This document shows, one piece after another, positions 49,601 through 59,893 of a stretch of 64,000 bases of DNA (the first letter of the stretch is position 1; each line of letters begins with the position of its first letter). The notes under the pieces were generated by a model that saw only the letters and a list, made by a program, of their open reading frames with translations, was not told where the DNA came from and did no database searches. Made by a program: the position numbers and the translations under genes. This stretch comes from Candidatus Tepidifontimicrobium thermophilum (GTDB lineage Bacteria; Sysuimicrobiota; Sysuimicrobiia; Sysuimicrobiales; Sysuimicrobiaceae): NCBI GenBank assembly GCA_031459915.1, contig JAVKHO010000009.1, forward strand, positions 32,001-96,000, given 5' to 3'.

Positions 49601-51116
49601 CCGCCTGCTGCAGTCGGCCCGCCAGCGGCTTGCGTGGCGGCGGGCGTTGCAGGCGGGCGAGGCGGCGGCCCTGTGGCTGCTGCTGTCGGCCCTGGGGGCA
49701 CAGCTGGGCACCTTGGCTTTTCCGTATTCGGTGCGGTTGGACTGGGCTTTCCTGGCGGTCGCAGCCGGTGCCGGCATCGTCGCGTTGGCCACGCGGCTGC
49801 TGGTACGGCCCACCACGACGGAAACGGCGCACTGGCTGGATCGGCGCTGCGCCCTGCAGGACCGCATGGCCACGTACGTAGCGGTGAGAGGTGCCGCCCC
49901 GTCGCGGCTGCTGGGTCACTTCCTGCGGGACGTGCAGCGGGCCGCGGCTGAGGTGCGGCTGCGGGAGGCGGTCCCCCTGCGTCCCGCCCGGTGGCGGGCG
50001 GTGCTGGGGCTCGCGGCGTGCGTGGTGGCGTGGGACCTGTTGGTCTCCGGCAGCACGTTGCCGAACACCCCTGCGCGTCGCGTGGCGGAGGTGGTGAGGC
50101 AGGAGGGCCGCAGGCTGCAGGACCTGGCGCGGGAGTGGGAGCGGGAGGCACGCGGGCGCGGCTGGAGGGAGGCGCTGTGGAGCGCCCGGAACGTGCGGCA
50201 GGCCGCCGCTAGCCTGGCCTCGCCCCGGGCCACCGCGGAGCTGGCCCGGCGGCAGCTTGCGCGGCTCGCGGCGGAGGTCGGAGCTGCGCGCGCGGAGGTC
50301 CGGGCCCGGGCGCAGGACCAGGGCGCTCTGCCCGGCCCGGAGGGACCGCAGCTGCACCCCTGGGCTGCCAGGGCGCTGGAGCGGGAACTCGCGGGGCTAG
50401 GCCGGGCGCTGGAGGAGGTGCCGCTATCTGGGGAGCAGGCCGAGCGTGTGCTCCGGGCCTTAAACAGGCTGGAGAGCACTTCGCCGCTGCGGCCGCAGTC
50501 TCCCGCCCAGGCTGCCCTGCGGGAAGCCCGGAGGAGGCTGCGGGCGCAGGACCGGGCCGGCGCCCGGGAGGCGGTGCGCAGGGCGGAGGAAGCTTTCCGA
50601 GAGCTGGCGCGCCTTCTGGAGGAGGAGGGGATGCTGGCAAAGCAGCGGCAGGAAGTGGAGGCTTCCAGCCTGAGCATCGCTGGGGCCCTGCAGGGAGCTG
50701 CGGATCCGGAGGCAGCTCAGGAACGACCGATCAGGTACCCCAACATGCCTCGGAACCGGCCGGGAACTGCGGGCGACCGGGACGACAAGGATGGTGAGGA
50801 GTGGTCTTGGGAGGGCCCGCAGTACGGCCTGCAGCCGGGGGCGGGGCGGGTCCCGGAAAAGGTCGGGCCACCCACCCCGCGGCTGCAGGCGCAGCGCCGG
50901 CCCGAACACCTCCCCGGGCAGCCGGGCGAGGGGAAGGTGTACACGGGACACGTGCGGGCGCCCGCGGCAGGCGGCGAGCCGCGCACGCGGATGGCGGGCC
51001 TCCCCGCCCGCCTTGTGCGCCAGGTGGACGAGGTCCTGCGGGCGCAGCGCGTGCCCGCTCCCTACCGGGATTGGGTCCGGCATTACTTCGCGGAGTTGGC
51101 GGAGTCGGCCCCGTAG
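49590..51116 (+). CDS. Membrane-anchored coiled-coil protein of MoxR/vWA clusters
   Basis: N-terminal TMs, LDRR..LQDR..T, long helical region, C-terminal VPAPYRDWVRHYF. Confidence 0.6.
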   Translation: MDPDRLLQSARQRLAWRRALQAGEAAALWLLLSALGAQLGTLAFPYSVRLDWAFLAVAAGAGIVALATRLLVRPTTTETAHWLDRRCALQDRMATYVAVRGAAPSRLLGHFLRDVQRAAAEVRLREAVPLRPARWRAVLGLAACVVAWDLLVSGSTLPNTPARRVAEVVRQEGRRLQDLAREWEREARGRGWREALWSARNVRQAAASLASPRATAELARRQLARLAAEVGAARAEVRARAQDQGALPGPEGPQLHPWAARALERELAGLGRALEEVPLSGEQAERVLRALNRLESTSPLRPQSPAQAALREARRRLRAQDRAGAREAVRRAEEAFRELARLLEEEGMLAKQRQEVEASSLSIAGALQGAADPEAAQERPIRYPNMPRNRPGTAGDRDDKDGEEWSWEGPQYGLQPGAGRVPEKVGPPTPRLQAQRRPEHLPGQPGEGKVYTGHVRAPAAGGEPRTRMAGLPARLVRQVDEVLRAQRVPAPYRDWVRHYFAELAESAP

Positions 51117-51122
51117 CGGGGG

Positions 51123-52124
51123 TTGGTGCCCTTGGACGTCCAGGAGTTTCAGTCCCTGTACCAGCGCATCCGCCAGGAGCTGGGCCGCGTGGTGGTGGGC
51201 CACGACGAGGTGGTGGAGGGCGTACTCCTGGCGGTGTTCTGTGGCGGCCACGTGCTGCTGGAAGGAGTACCGGGGGTAGGCAAGACGCTGCTGGTGAAGG
51301 CGCTGGCCCGCGTGCTGGAGCTGAAGTTCTCGCGGATCCAGTTCACCCCCGACCTCATGCCCGCGGACGTGGTGGGGACCAACGTGCTGGTGCAGGACCC
51401 GGACGGACGCCGCTCGCTGGCCTTCCAGCCCGGCCCCGTCTTCTCCCAGATCGTCTTGGCGGATGAGATCAACCGGGCCACGCCCAAGACCCAGTCCGCC
51501 CTCCTGGAGGCCATGCAGGAGTACGCGGTGACTGTGGCAGGGGTTTCCTACCCCCTCGAGCGGCCCTTCTTTGTGCTGGCGACCCAGAACCCCATCGAGA
51601 TGGAGGGCACTTACCCGCTCCCGGAGGCCCAGCTCGACCGTTTCCTGTTCAAGCTGCGGGTGCCGTTCCCCGACACGGAGTCCGTGGTGGAAATCCTGGA
51701 ACGGACCACGGGCTCCCGGGTCCCCGAAGCCCAGCCCGTGGCGGACGCCCAGACGGTGCTGCGGATGCAAGCGCTGGTGCGGGAGGTCCTGGCTGCTCCG
51801 CACGTGCAGACGTACGTGGCCCGCCTGGTGGAGGCCACGCATCCTCAGGGCCCGCGGCCTGCGCGGGCCGCACGGCGCTGGGTGCGGTATGGCGCGAGCC
51901 CGCGGGGTGCCCAGGCTCTGCTGCTGGCGGCCAAGGCGAGGGCCCTGGTGCACGGCCGCGCCCACGCCAGTGTGGAGGACGTGAGGGCTGTGGCACTTCC
52001 TGCCCTGCGACACCGCCTGCTGCTGAACTTCGAGGCAGACGCGGAGGGCGTGGAGGCCGACCAGGTGGTTCGGGACGTGGTGGAGGAGGTCCCCGAGGTC
52101 GCTGCCGCGTCCGCGGGGCCCTAA
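51123..52124 (+). CDS. moxR: MoxR-family AAA+ ATPase
   Basis: LLEGVPGVGKT, RIQFTPDLMPAD, LADEINRA.PKTQSALLEAMQE, YPLPEAQLDRF. Confidence 0.93.
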   Translation: MVPLDVQEFQSLYQRIRQELGRVVVGHDEVVEGVLLAVFCGGHVLLEGVPGVGKTLLVKALARVLELKFSRIQFTPDLMPADVVGTNVLVQDPDGRRSLAFQPGPVFSQIVLADEINRATPKTQSALLEAMQEYAVTVAGVSYPLERPFFVLATQNPIEMEGTYPLPEAQLDRFLFKLRVPFPDTESVVEILERTTGSRVPEAQPVADAQTVLRMQALVREVLAAPHVQTYVARLVEATHPQGPRPARAARRWVRYGASPRGAQALLLAAKARALVHGRAHASVEDVRAVALPALRHRLLLNFEADAEGVEADQVVRDVVEEVPEVAAASAGP

Positions 52125-52131
52125 GGTTTCG

Positions 52132-52995
52132 GTGCTGCTGGAGCCGGCGTTCCTCGAGAAGCTCGAACGTCTCCGCCTGGTGGCGCGGCGGAGGACACGG
52201 GGGACCGTGGGGGAGCGTCGCAGCCGGGCCCTGGGGCGGGGCCTGGAGTTCTCCGACCACCGCGCCTACCAGGTGGGCGATGACTGGCGGTACGTGGACT
52301 GGAACATCTACGCCCGCCTGGACCGGCTGTTCGTCAAGCTCTTCGAGGAGGAAGAGGACAGGGACGTGCACCTGCTGGTGGACGCCAGCGCGTCCATGCG
52401 GTTCGGGCAGCCTTCCAAGCTGGACTACGCCAAGCGTCTGGCCGCGGCGCTCGGTTATGTAGCGCTGGCCAACGGGGATCGCGTGGGCGCCGCCGCGCTG
52501 CACGGGAGCGCCGTGCGGGCTCTCCCGCCACGCCGCGGCAGGACGCATGCGCACCCCCTGTTCCGCTTCCTGGAGGCCGAGGAGGCCTACGGCCTCACGG
52601 AGCTGGAGGAGGCCGCGAAGCGGTTCGCGCCCCGCCGCCGGGGCCTGGTGGTGGCGGTGGGCGACCTGCTGGACCCCCGGGGGTTCCAGCCTTTTCTGCT
52701 CCGGCTGCGCCACGCGGGCCTGGAGGTGTTCGTGGTCCACCTGCTGGCCGAGGAGGACCTCGCCCCCCCAACTCCCGGGGAGCTGCGGGTGGTAGACGCG
52801 GAGACCGGGGAGTCCCTGGAGGTGACCGTGGACGCCCGGATGGTGCGCGAGTTTGTCGCCCAGCGGGACGCGTTCCTGGAATCGGTGCGGACGTTCTGCG
52901 CCCGTCACGGGATGGCGTACGTGCGGGCCACCACGGCGCTGCCGGTGGAGGAGCTGGTGCTCCGGTACCTGCGGCGGGCGGGGCTGGTGACGTAG
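52132..52995 (+). CDS. DUF58 (vWA-like) protein
   Basis: G.GLEFSDHRAYQVGDD.R..DWN.YAR, LLVDASASM. Confidence 0.9.
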   Translation: MLLEPAFLEKLERLRLVARRRTRGTVGERRSRALGRGLEFSDHRAYQVGDDWRYVDWNIYARLDRLFVKLFEEEEDRDVHLLVDASASMRFGQPSKLDYAKRLAAALGYVALANGDRVGAAALHGSAVRALPPRRGRTHAHPLFRFLEAEEAYGLTELEEAAKRFAPRRRGLVVAVGDLLDPRGFQPFLLRLRHAGLEVFVVHLLAEEDLAPPTPGELRVVDAETGESLEVTVDARMVREFVAQRDAFLESVRTFCARHGMAYVRATTALPVEELVLRYLRRAGLVT

Positions 52996-53008
52996 TCGAG
53001 CGGTCGAG

Positions 53009-54733
53009 ATGTCCTTCTTGAGCCCCGCGGGACTGTGGTGGCTGGCCGCCATCCCCCTCGTGGTCCTCCTGTACTGGCTGCGGCCCCGACGGGTGCCGGT
53101 GGTGGTACCCAGCCTGGTGCTGTGGCGGCGGAGCCTGCGCGAGGAGGCGCGCCGGCGCCCCCTGCGCCGGTTCGAGCGAAACGTCCTCCTGCTGGTGCAG
53201 GTGCTGGCCGTGGCCGCGGCCGCGCTCAGCCTCGCGCGGCCGCAGGACTCCACCGCAGGCGCTGGGGACGTGGTGGTGGTGCTGGACGTGGGGCTGAGGA
53301 TGCAGGCCACCGACGTGCCGCCCAGCCGGTTCGAGGCCGCCCGCGGGGCTGCACTGAAGCTTTTGGCTGGGCTCCGCGCGGTCCGGGTGGGTGTGGTGGC
53401 TGCGGCGCGATCGCCGAGGGTGGTCCAGCCCCTCACGACGAGCCGGTCCGACGCGGTGGCGGCGGTGCGAGGGTTGCGTCCGACGGACGGGGCCTCGGAC
53501 CTGGAGGGGGCGGTGGCGGTGGCCAGGTCCTTGAGCCCGTCCGCCACCGTCTACGTGTTCTCCGACCGGCCGGTGTCGGGTCTGCATTCCTCGGTCTTCG
53601 GCGGGGCCCTGGAGGACGTGGCCATCACCGGCGTGGTGGCAAGCCCCCTCCCGGGCGACCGCATGCGGGTGACGGTCACGGTGCGCAACGGCACCTCGCT
53701 GGCGCGGCGCGTTCCGGTGTCGGTGCTGGTGCAGGGCCGGTCGGCAGCCCACCTTGCGGCGCGCCTTGCCCCGGGGCAGCAGACCAGCGTGGCGGCCACC
53801 GTGCCCGCGGGACTGTGGGTCGAGGCCAGGATCGCCCCTCAGGACGCACTCGCGGCCACCGACCGGTCCGTAGCACTGGGCACCCAGCTTCCGCGGCCCC
53901 GGGTGTTGATGGTGGGCCCGCCCGACCCGTTCCTGGAGGCTGGCCTGCGGGCTGTGGCGGCAGGGCCGGACCGCCAGGGAACCCCGGACCCGCGCCTGTG
54001 GGGAAGGTTTGACGTGGTGGTCCTTCACCGGGTGCAAGCCCCGCTTCCGCCCGGCAACTTCCTGCTGGTAGCGAGCGTGCCGACGAACCTGCCGGTGCGA
54101 GCGGTAGGGAGGGTACGGGAGGATGTGGTGCGTTTCCAGTCCCGCACCCACCCGCTGCTGCGGTTCGTGGATCTCACGGGAGCCCGGGTGGTCCGCGCCT
54201 GGCCCACCCGGCCGCACGGGGGAGAGGTGCTGGCAGAGGGCGAGGCTCCGCTGCTGTGGGCCTACGAGGCGGGCGGGCTCCGTGCGGTCCTGCTGCCGTT
54301 TTCGCCTTCGGACTCCGATCTCGTGTTGCGGCCGGATTTCCCCATCCTGCTGGCCAACGCGGTGGACTGGCTCGCGGGCCCCACGAGCTCCCAGCTGGAG
54401 GCGGGGACTACGGTGTCCGTCCCCGCCGGAGGGTTACAGGAGGCGGTGCTGCACGGCCCGGAGGGGTCGGTGCGCCTGCGCGCCGCGGCAGGCCGGTTCG
54501 TCCTGCCCCCCTTCGACCGGGCGGGCGTGTACCTGCTGGAAGCGGGTACCGTCCGTAGGGTGTGGGCCGTGCGCCCCCAGGTGGAGTCCGGCACCGTAGC
54601 GTCTACCGCCCCTGCAGCTCCCCGGAAAAGGGCGCAGGTGGATTGGGGGCGGTGGCTGGTGGGGCTTTTCGTGGCGCTCCTGGTGGCGGAGTGGTGGCTG
54701 TTCTCCGCTCAGGCGCGGGTCGGGAGGACCTGA
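53009..54733 (+). CDS. BatA-like N-terminus + vWA domain membrane protein
   Basis: MSFLSPAGLW..IPLV.LY, PSL.LW, LARP, degenerate MIDAS DVGLRM, C-terminal LL.AEWWL. Confidence 0.8.
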   Translation: MSFLSPAGLWWLAAIPLVVLLYWLRPRRVPVVVPSLVLWRRSLREEARRRPLRRFERNVLLLVQVLAVAAAALSLARPQDSTAGAGDVVVVLDVGLRMQATDVPPSRFEAARGAALKLLAGLRAVRVGVVAAARSPRVVQPLTTSRSDAVAAVRGLRPTDGASDLEGAVAVARSLSPSATVYVFSDRPVSGLHSSVFGGALEDVAITGVVASPLPGDRMRVTVTVRNGTSLARRVPVSVLVQGRSAAHLAARLAPGQQTSVAATVPAGLWVEARIAPQDALAATDRSVALGTQLPRPRVLMVGPPDPFLEAGLRAVAAGPDRQGTPDPRLWGRFDVVVLHRVQAPLPPGNFLLVASVPTNLPVRAVGRVREDVVRFQSRTHPLLRFVDLTGARVVRAWPTRPHGGEVLAEGEAPLLWAYEAGGLRAVLLPFSPSDSDLVLRPDFPILLANAVDWLAGPTSSQLEAGTTVSVPAGGLQEAVLHGPEGSVRLRAAAGRFVLPPFDRAGVYLLEAGTVRRVWAVRPQVESGTVASTAPAAPRKRAQVDWGRWLVGLFVALLVAEWWLFSAQARVGRT

Positions 54734-57384
54734 TGCGGTTCTCGTGGCCGTGGGCACTGGTGCTGCTGGTGCTGCTGCCGTGGGTGTGGCGCCGCGGGGT
54801 CCGGGAAGTCCGCCACCTGGCCGCGCTGCGGGCGGCCAGCCTGGCCCTGGCGGTGCTGGCCCTGGCCGGCATGCAGGTGCTTGAGCGCGGGGCGCCGGTG
54901 CAGGTGGTGTTCGCCCTAGACCGGTCCGACAGCGTGCTGCCGGAGCAGGTCCGGTGGGCGGAGCAGTTCCTGCGCGAGGCCCTGCGGTACCGCCGTCCCC
55001 AGGACCGCGTGGGGCTTGTGACTTTCGGCGGAGCCGCGGTGGCGGAGCGGGCGCCGTCGGAGGCCGTGGACCTGCGGCCCACCCAGAGGCCCAGGCCGTA
55101 CGACACCGACATCGGTGCGGCCATCCGCGTGAGCGCGTCGCTATTGCAGGGGGAAGGCGTCCGGCGCGTGGTGGTGCTCAGCGACGGCGCCGACCACGCG
55201 GGCGAGGCGGTGGAAGCCGCGCGGGAGGTCCACGCCGCGGGCGTGGAGGTCCACGTGGTCCCCCTGCTCCGCCCGGCCTCTGCAGAGCTGGTGGTGGAGG
55301 ATCTCTCAGTGCCTGCAGACGCCGCCGTGGGCGAGCGGGTGCCGGCCTGGGTCCGTCTGCGTTCCACCGTCCCGCAGCCCGTGGAGCTGGAGCTGTGGGT
55401 GGACGGGGCCCTGGCCCAACGTCGGACGGTGCGCGCGCGCGCCGGCAGGACCCTGGTGGGCTTGTCCGCGGTGGCCGCCCGCGCAGGGTGGCTCGACCTG
55501 CAGGTACGCGCACGCCCGGCACGGGACGGTGTCCCGGACAACAACGTGGGACGGGCGGTGATATCCGTCCTGGGCCCTCCGGAGGTCCTGTACGCGGGAG
55601 CGGGGCGGGTGGCGGACGTGCTACGGGCCCAGGGGTTCGTGGTCCACCGAGTGGCGGCGCGTCAACTGCCGGGCACCGCGGCGGGCCTGGCGCGGTACCA
55701 GGCGGTGGTGCTGGAGGACCTCCCCGCGTTGGGGCTCGCGCGGCCGCAGATGGAGGCGCTGCGCGACTACGTGCGGGACCTGGGTGGAGGGCTGGTGGTG
55801 GTGGGAGGTCCCCGCAGCTTCGGCGTGGGTGGCTACGCCCGCACGCCCCTGGAAGAGGCGCTGCCCGTCTCCATGGAGGTGCAGCACCGCGTGGCGCTGC
55901 CCAGCATGGCCTTGGTGCTGGTCCTGGACACCTCCGGGAGCATGGGCGGGGTGGGGACGGAGACCGCCAAGGTGGAGCTGGCCAAGGAGGTGGCGCGTTC
56001 CGTGGTGGATCTGTTGGGCGACCGTGACCTGGTGGGCGTCATCCAGTTTGACCAGGCCTACCGGTGGCTGGTGCCCTTGGTGCCCGCCCGGGACCGAGAT
56101 CGCATCGTGGCGCAGGTGGCAGGCCTGCGGGCTGGCGGCGGGACCGACCTGCTTCCCGCCCTGCGGGCCGCGTACGAGGCGCTCCGGACCGTGGAGGCCC
56201 AGGTCCGGCACGTGATCGTACTGTCCGACGGCCAGACGGACCCGGGTGACTTCGAGGGGTGGGTGCGGAGGATGCGATCCGAACGCATCACCGTGAGCAC
56301 GGTGTCCGTGGGCAAGGACGCGGACCTGGCCTTCATGCGGGCTCTCAGCAGCTGGGGGGGCGGGCGGCACTACGTGGCCCGGGACACCTACGCGCTCCCC
56401 CAGATCTTCGTGACGGAGGCGCTGCTGTCCGCGCGTTCCTACCTTGTGGAGGAACGGTTCGTCCCGCAGCGGCGGCCCGGCGAGCTCCTCCAGGGCCTCG
56501 GCCCCCTCCCTGCCCTGCGTGGGTACGTGGCCACCAGCACCAAGCCCGCCGCGCAGGCGGAACTCGTCTCCCCCCACAAGGACCCCATCCTGGCCAGCTG
56601 GCGTTACGGGCTTGGCCGCGCGGTGGCGTTCACCTCGGACGCGGTCCCCCGCTGGTCCGTGGAGTGGCAGTCGTGGCCCTCCTTCGCGCGGTTCTGGTCC
56701 CAGGTGGTGCGCTGGGCGGCACGCCTGGATCGCGGCCGGCTGGACGTACGGACGGAGCTCCGGGGTGCACGCCTGCGGATCCGGTTGGACGCCCGCGACG
56801 AGGCGGGCGATTACCTGGACGGGCTGCAGGTGGAGGGGACGGTGGCAGGCCCCCGGTCCTCCCAGCGGGTGGAGCTACGGCAGACCCGGCCCGGCTGGTA
56901 CGAGGCAGAGGCGGAGCTGCCCGACGCGGGCGTGCACACCGTGGCGGTCACCGCGTGGCAGGGCCTGCAGGTATTAGGCCGCGCCCGTGTACCCGTGGCG
57001 GTGGCCTACCCGCACGAGCTGCGCGACCCGCAGCCGGACCCCGCGCTTCTGGCCCGCGTGGCCGAAGCCGGGGGCGGCCGGGTGCTGCGCACCCCGCGGG
57101 AAGCCATGAGCCCACCTCCGGATGCCCGTCACCACCGGGACGCGTGGCCTGCCCTGGCCACGGCGAGCGTGGTGCTGTTCCTCCTGGAGCTGGTGGCCCG
57201 GCGCGTGCCCGCGGTGGCCAGCCTGGTGGCCGCGGCGGCAGAGGGCGGCCGCGGGTCCGCGCCCGCGGACGCGTGGTACGCAGAGGCAGACCGGTGGCGG
57301 CCCCTGGCAGGCCCGCCCCCGGACGCGGACACCGAGCAGCGGGCCCGGCTGTACGTGGCCCGCCTCAAGCGCGGCGGCTCCTAG
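54733..57384 (+). CDS. Double-vWA / GATase-like membrane protein
   Basis: MIDAS motifs DRSDS and DTSGS, LSDG, GGGLVVVGGP.SFG.GGY..TPLEE.LPV, W.YGLGRAVAFTSD. Confidence 0.85.
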   Translation: MRFSWPWALVLLVLLPWVWRRGVREVRHLAALRAASLALAVLALAGMQVLERGAPVQVVFALDRSDSVLPEQVRWAEQFLREALRYRRPQDRVGLVTFGGAAVAERAPSEAVDLRPTQRPRPYDTDIGAAIRVSASLLQGEGVRRVVVLSDGADHAGEAVEAAREVHAAGVEVHVVPLLRPASAELVVEDLSVPADAAVGERVPAWVRLRSTVPQPVELELWVDGALAQRRTVRARAGRTLVGLSAVAARAGWLDLQVRARPARDGVPDNNVGRAVISVLGPPEVLYAGAGRVADVLRAQGFVVHRVAARQLPGTAAGLARYQAVVLEDLPALGLARPQMEALRDYVRDLGGGLVVVGGPRSFGVGGYARTPLEEALPVSMEVQHRVALPSMALVLVLDTSGSMGGVGTETAKVELAKEVARSVVDLLGDRDLVGVIQFDQAYRWLVPLVPARDRDRIVAQVAGLRAGGGTDLLPALRAAYEALRTVEAQVRHVIVLSDGQTDPGDFEGWVRRMRSERITVSTVSVGKDADLAFMRALSSWGGGRHYVARDTYALPQIFVTEALLSARSYLVEERFVPQRRPGELLQGLGPLPALRGYVATSTKPAAQAELVSPHKDPILASWRYGLGRAVAFTSDAVPRWSVEWQSWPSFARFWSQVVRWAARLDRGRLDVRTELRGARLRIRLDARDEAGDYLDGLQVEGTVAGPRSSQRVELRQTRPGWYEAEAELPDAGVHTVAVTAWQGLQVLGRARVPVAVAYPHELRDPQPDPALLARVAEAGGGRVLRTPREAMSPPPDARHHRDAWPALATASVVLFLLELVARRVPAVASLVAAAAEGGRGSAPADAWYAEADRWRPLAGPPPDADTEQRARLYVARLKRGGS

Positions 57385-57458
57385 CCGCGCCGCAAGGGCT
57401 GCGCGGGGCGGACGTCGAACTTCCTCCGCCCGTGGGACGTGCAGCGGGAGGCCAGACG

Positions 57459-58259
57459 GTGCAGGCAGACGTGGGCGTGTTCGGCGGTTCCGGTTTCTAC
57501 CGGTTGCTGGACGACGTGGAGGAGCACAAGGTGGAGACCCCCTACGGGCCGCCCAGCGACGTGGTGACCATCGGCCGCGTGGGCTCCAAGCGCGTGGCGT
57601 TCCTGCCGCGCCACGGCCGGACCCACGCCCTCCCGCCCCATCGGATCAACTACCGGGCCAACGTGTGGGCCATGAAGCAGCTGGGCGTGCGGTGGCTGTT
57701 CGGGCCCTGCGCGGTGGGCAGCCTGCAGCCCCACGTGCGGCCCGGCGACTTCGTGCTGTGCGACCAGTTCGTGGACCGCACCTCCGGCCGCGCGGACACC
57801 TTCTACGACGGTCCCGTGACCACCCACGTGAGCTCCGCGGACCCCTACTGCCCGACCCTGCGGCAGCTGGTGGCGCAGGTGGCGCGGGAACAGGGGCTCC
57901 CCCTGCACGAGCGGGGGACGGTGGTGGTGATCCAGGGCCCGCGCTTTTCCACCCGCGCGGAGAGCCGGTGGTTCCGCTCCCAGGGGTGGGAGGTCATCAA
58001 CATGACCCAGTACCCCGAGGCGCACCTGGCGCGGGAGCTCGCCCTGTGCTACGTGAACATCTCCCTGGTCACGGACTACGACGTGGGCGTGGAAGGCGAT
58101 CCCACCGCGACACCGGTGACCGCAGAGGAGGTGATGCGGCAGTTCGCGGCCAACAACGCCAAGCTGCGGGACCTCATCCTGGAGAGCATCGCGCGGCTGC
58201 CGGAGACCAACACCTGTCCTTTGTGCCCGCGGGCCCTGGACCACGCCCGGGTGGGCTAG
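57459..58259 (+). CDS. mtnP: S-methyl-5'-thioadenosine phosphorylase
   Basis: GVFGGSG, TPYG.PS, FLPRHG, INYRAN, QGPRFSTRAES, INMT..PE, VTDYD. Confidence 0.92.
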   Translation: MQADVGVFGGSGFYRLLDDVEEHKVETPYGPPSDVVTIGRVGSKRVAFLPRHGRTHALPPHRINYRANVWAMKQLGVRWLFGPCAVGSLQPHVRPGDFVLCDQFVDRTSGRADTFYDGPVTTHVSSADPYCPTLRQLVAQVAREQGLPLHERGTVVVIQGPRFSTRAESRWFRSQGWEVINMTQYPEAHLARELALCYVNISLVTDYDVGVEGDPTATPVTAEEVMRQFAANNAKLRDLILESIARLPETNTCPLCPRALDHARVG

Positions 58260-58320
58260 CGGGGGCAGGTCGGTGAGGGTCTGGCTGAGGCGGACCACAC
58301 ACTTCCGACGAGGTGCGGGG

Positions 58321-58611
58321 ATGGACCAGACGGCGAGAGGGACTGATGCCCCCGGGCGCGTCCTGGGACTGGCGGTGTTCGTGCTGGGAGTGGTGCTGTT
58401 GCTGTTCGTCTTCTACGTGGCGTACACGGAGCTCACCGGCAACAGCCTGAGCCAGGTGGCGCGGCCGTCGCAGGGGGGGCCGGACATGGGGCTGGCCCTG
58501 GCCCTGGTCCTGAAGGCCATCTTCCTGTTCCTGCTCGGCTACCTGGCCTCGGGGATCGCAGGGAGGGGGATCGGCCTGTACCAGGCCTCGCGGAGCGAAC
58601 CCGCGGAGTGA
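58321..58611 (+). CDS. Small two-TM membrane protein
   Basis: Two hydrophobic segments; RBS-like GAGGTG upstream. Confidence 0.6.
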   Translation: MDQTARGTDAPGRVLGLAVFVLGVVLLLFVFYVAYTELTGNSLSQVARPSQGGPDMGLALALVLKAIFLFLLGYLASGIAGRGIGLYQASRSEPAE

Positions 58612-58615
58612 GGCC

Positions 58616-59641
<1,026 letters not shown>

Positions 59642-59738
59642 GGCCGGGGGGACGGAAAAATTTTTCCGGGGGCCAGCAGGAGTTCGGGGCGAATGCGCGT
59701 AAGGGTACCTCAAACCACAGGAAAGGAGGTACCGAGCC

Positions 59739-59828
59739 ATGGCGGCGAAGAAGGCGGCCAAGAAGGCCACCGCCAAGAAGACCTCCGCCAAGAAGACGGC
59801 GAAGAAGGCCGCCCGCAAGAAGCGGTAG
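59739..59828 (+). CDS. 29-aa Lys/Ala-rich histone-H1-like microprotein (MAAKKAAKKATAKKTSAKKTAKKAARKKR)
   Basis: Strong RBS AAAGGAGGT 8 nt before the ATG, all Lys codons AAG, GC-ending codons, terminator directly after; below the ORF-track cutoff. Confidence 0.8.
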   Translation: MAAKKAAKKATAKKTSAKKTAKKAARKKR

Positions 59829-59849
59829 ACGCGGGCGGTACTCGAGGTC

Positions 59850-59886
59850 TCGGGGGTGCCGGCGAGCCGGCACCCCCGACGTTTTT
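59850..59886 (+). terminator. Rho-independent terminator
   Basis: 13-bp perfect stem TCGGGGGTGCCGG/CCGGCACCCCCGA, loop CGAG, then CGTTTTT. Confidence 0.85.
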
Positions 59887-59893
59887 CACCTTT

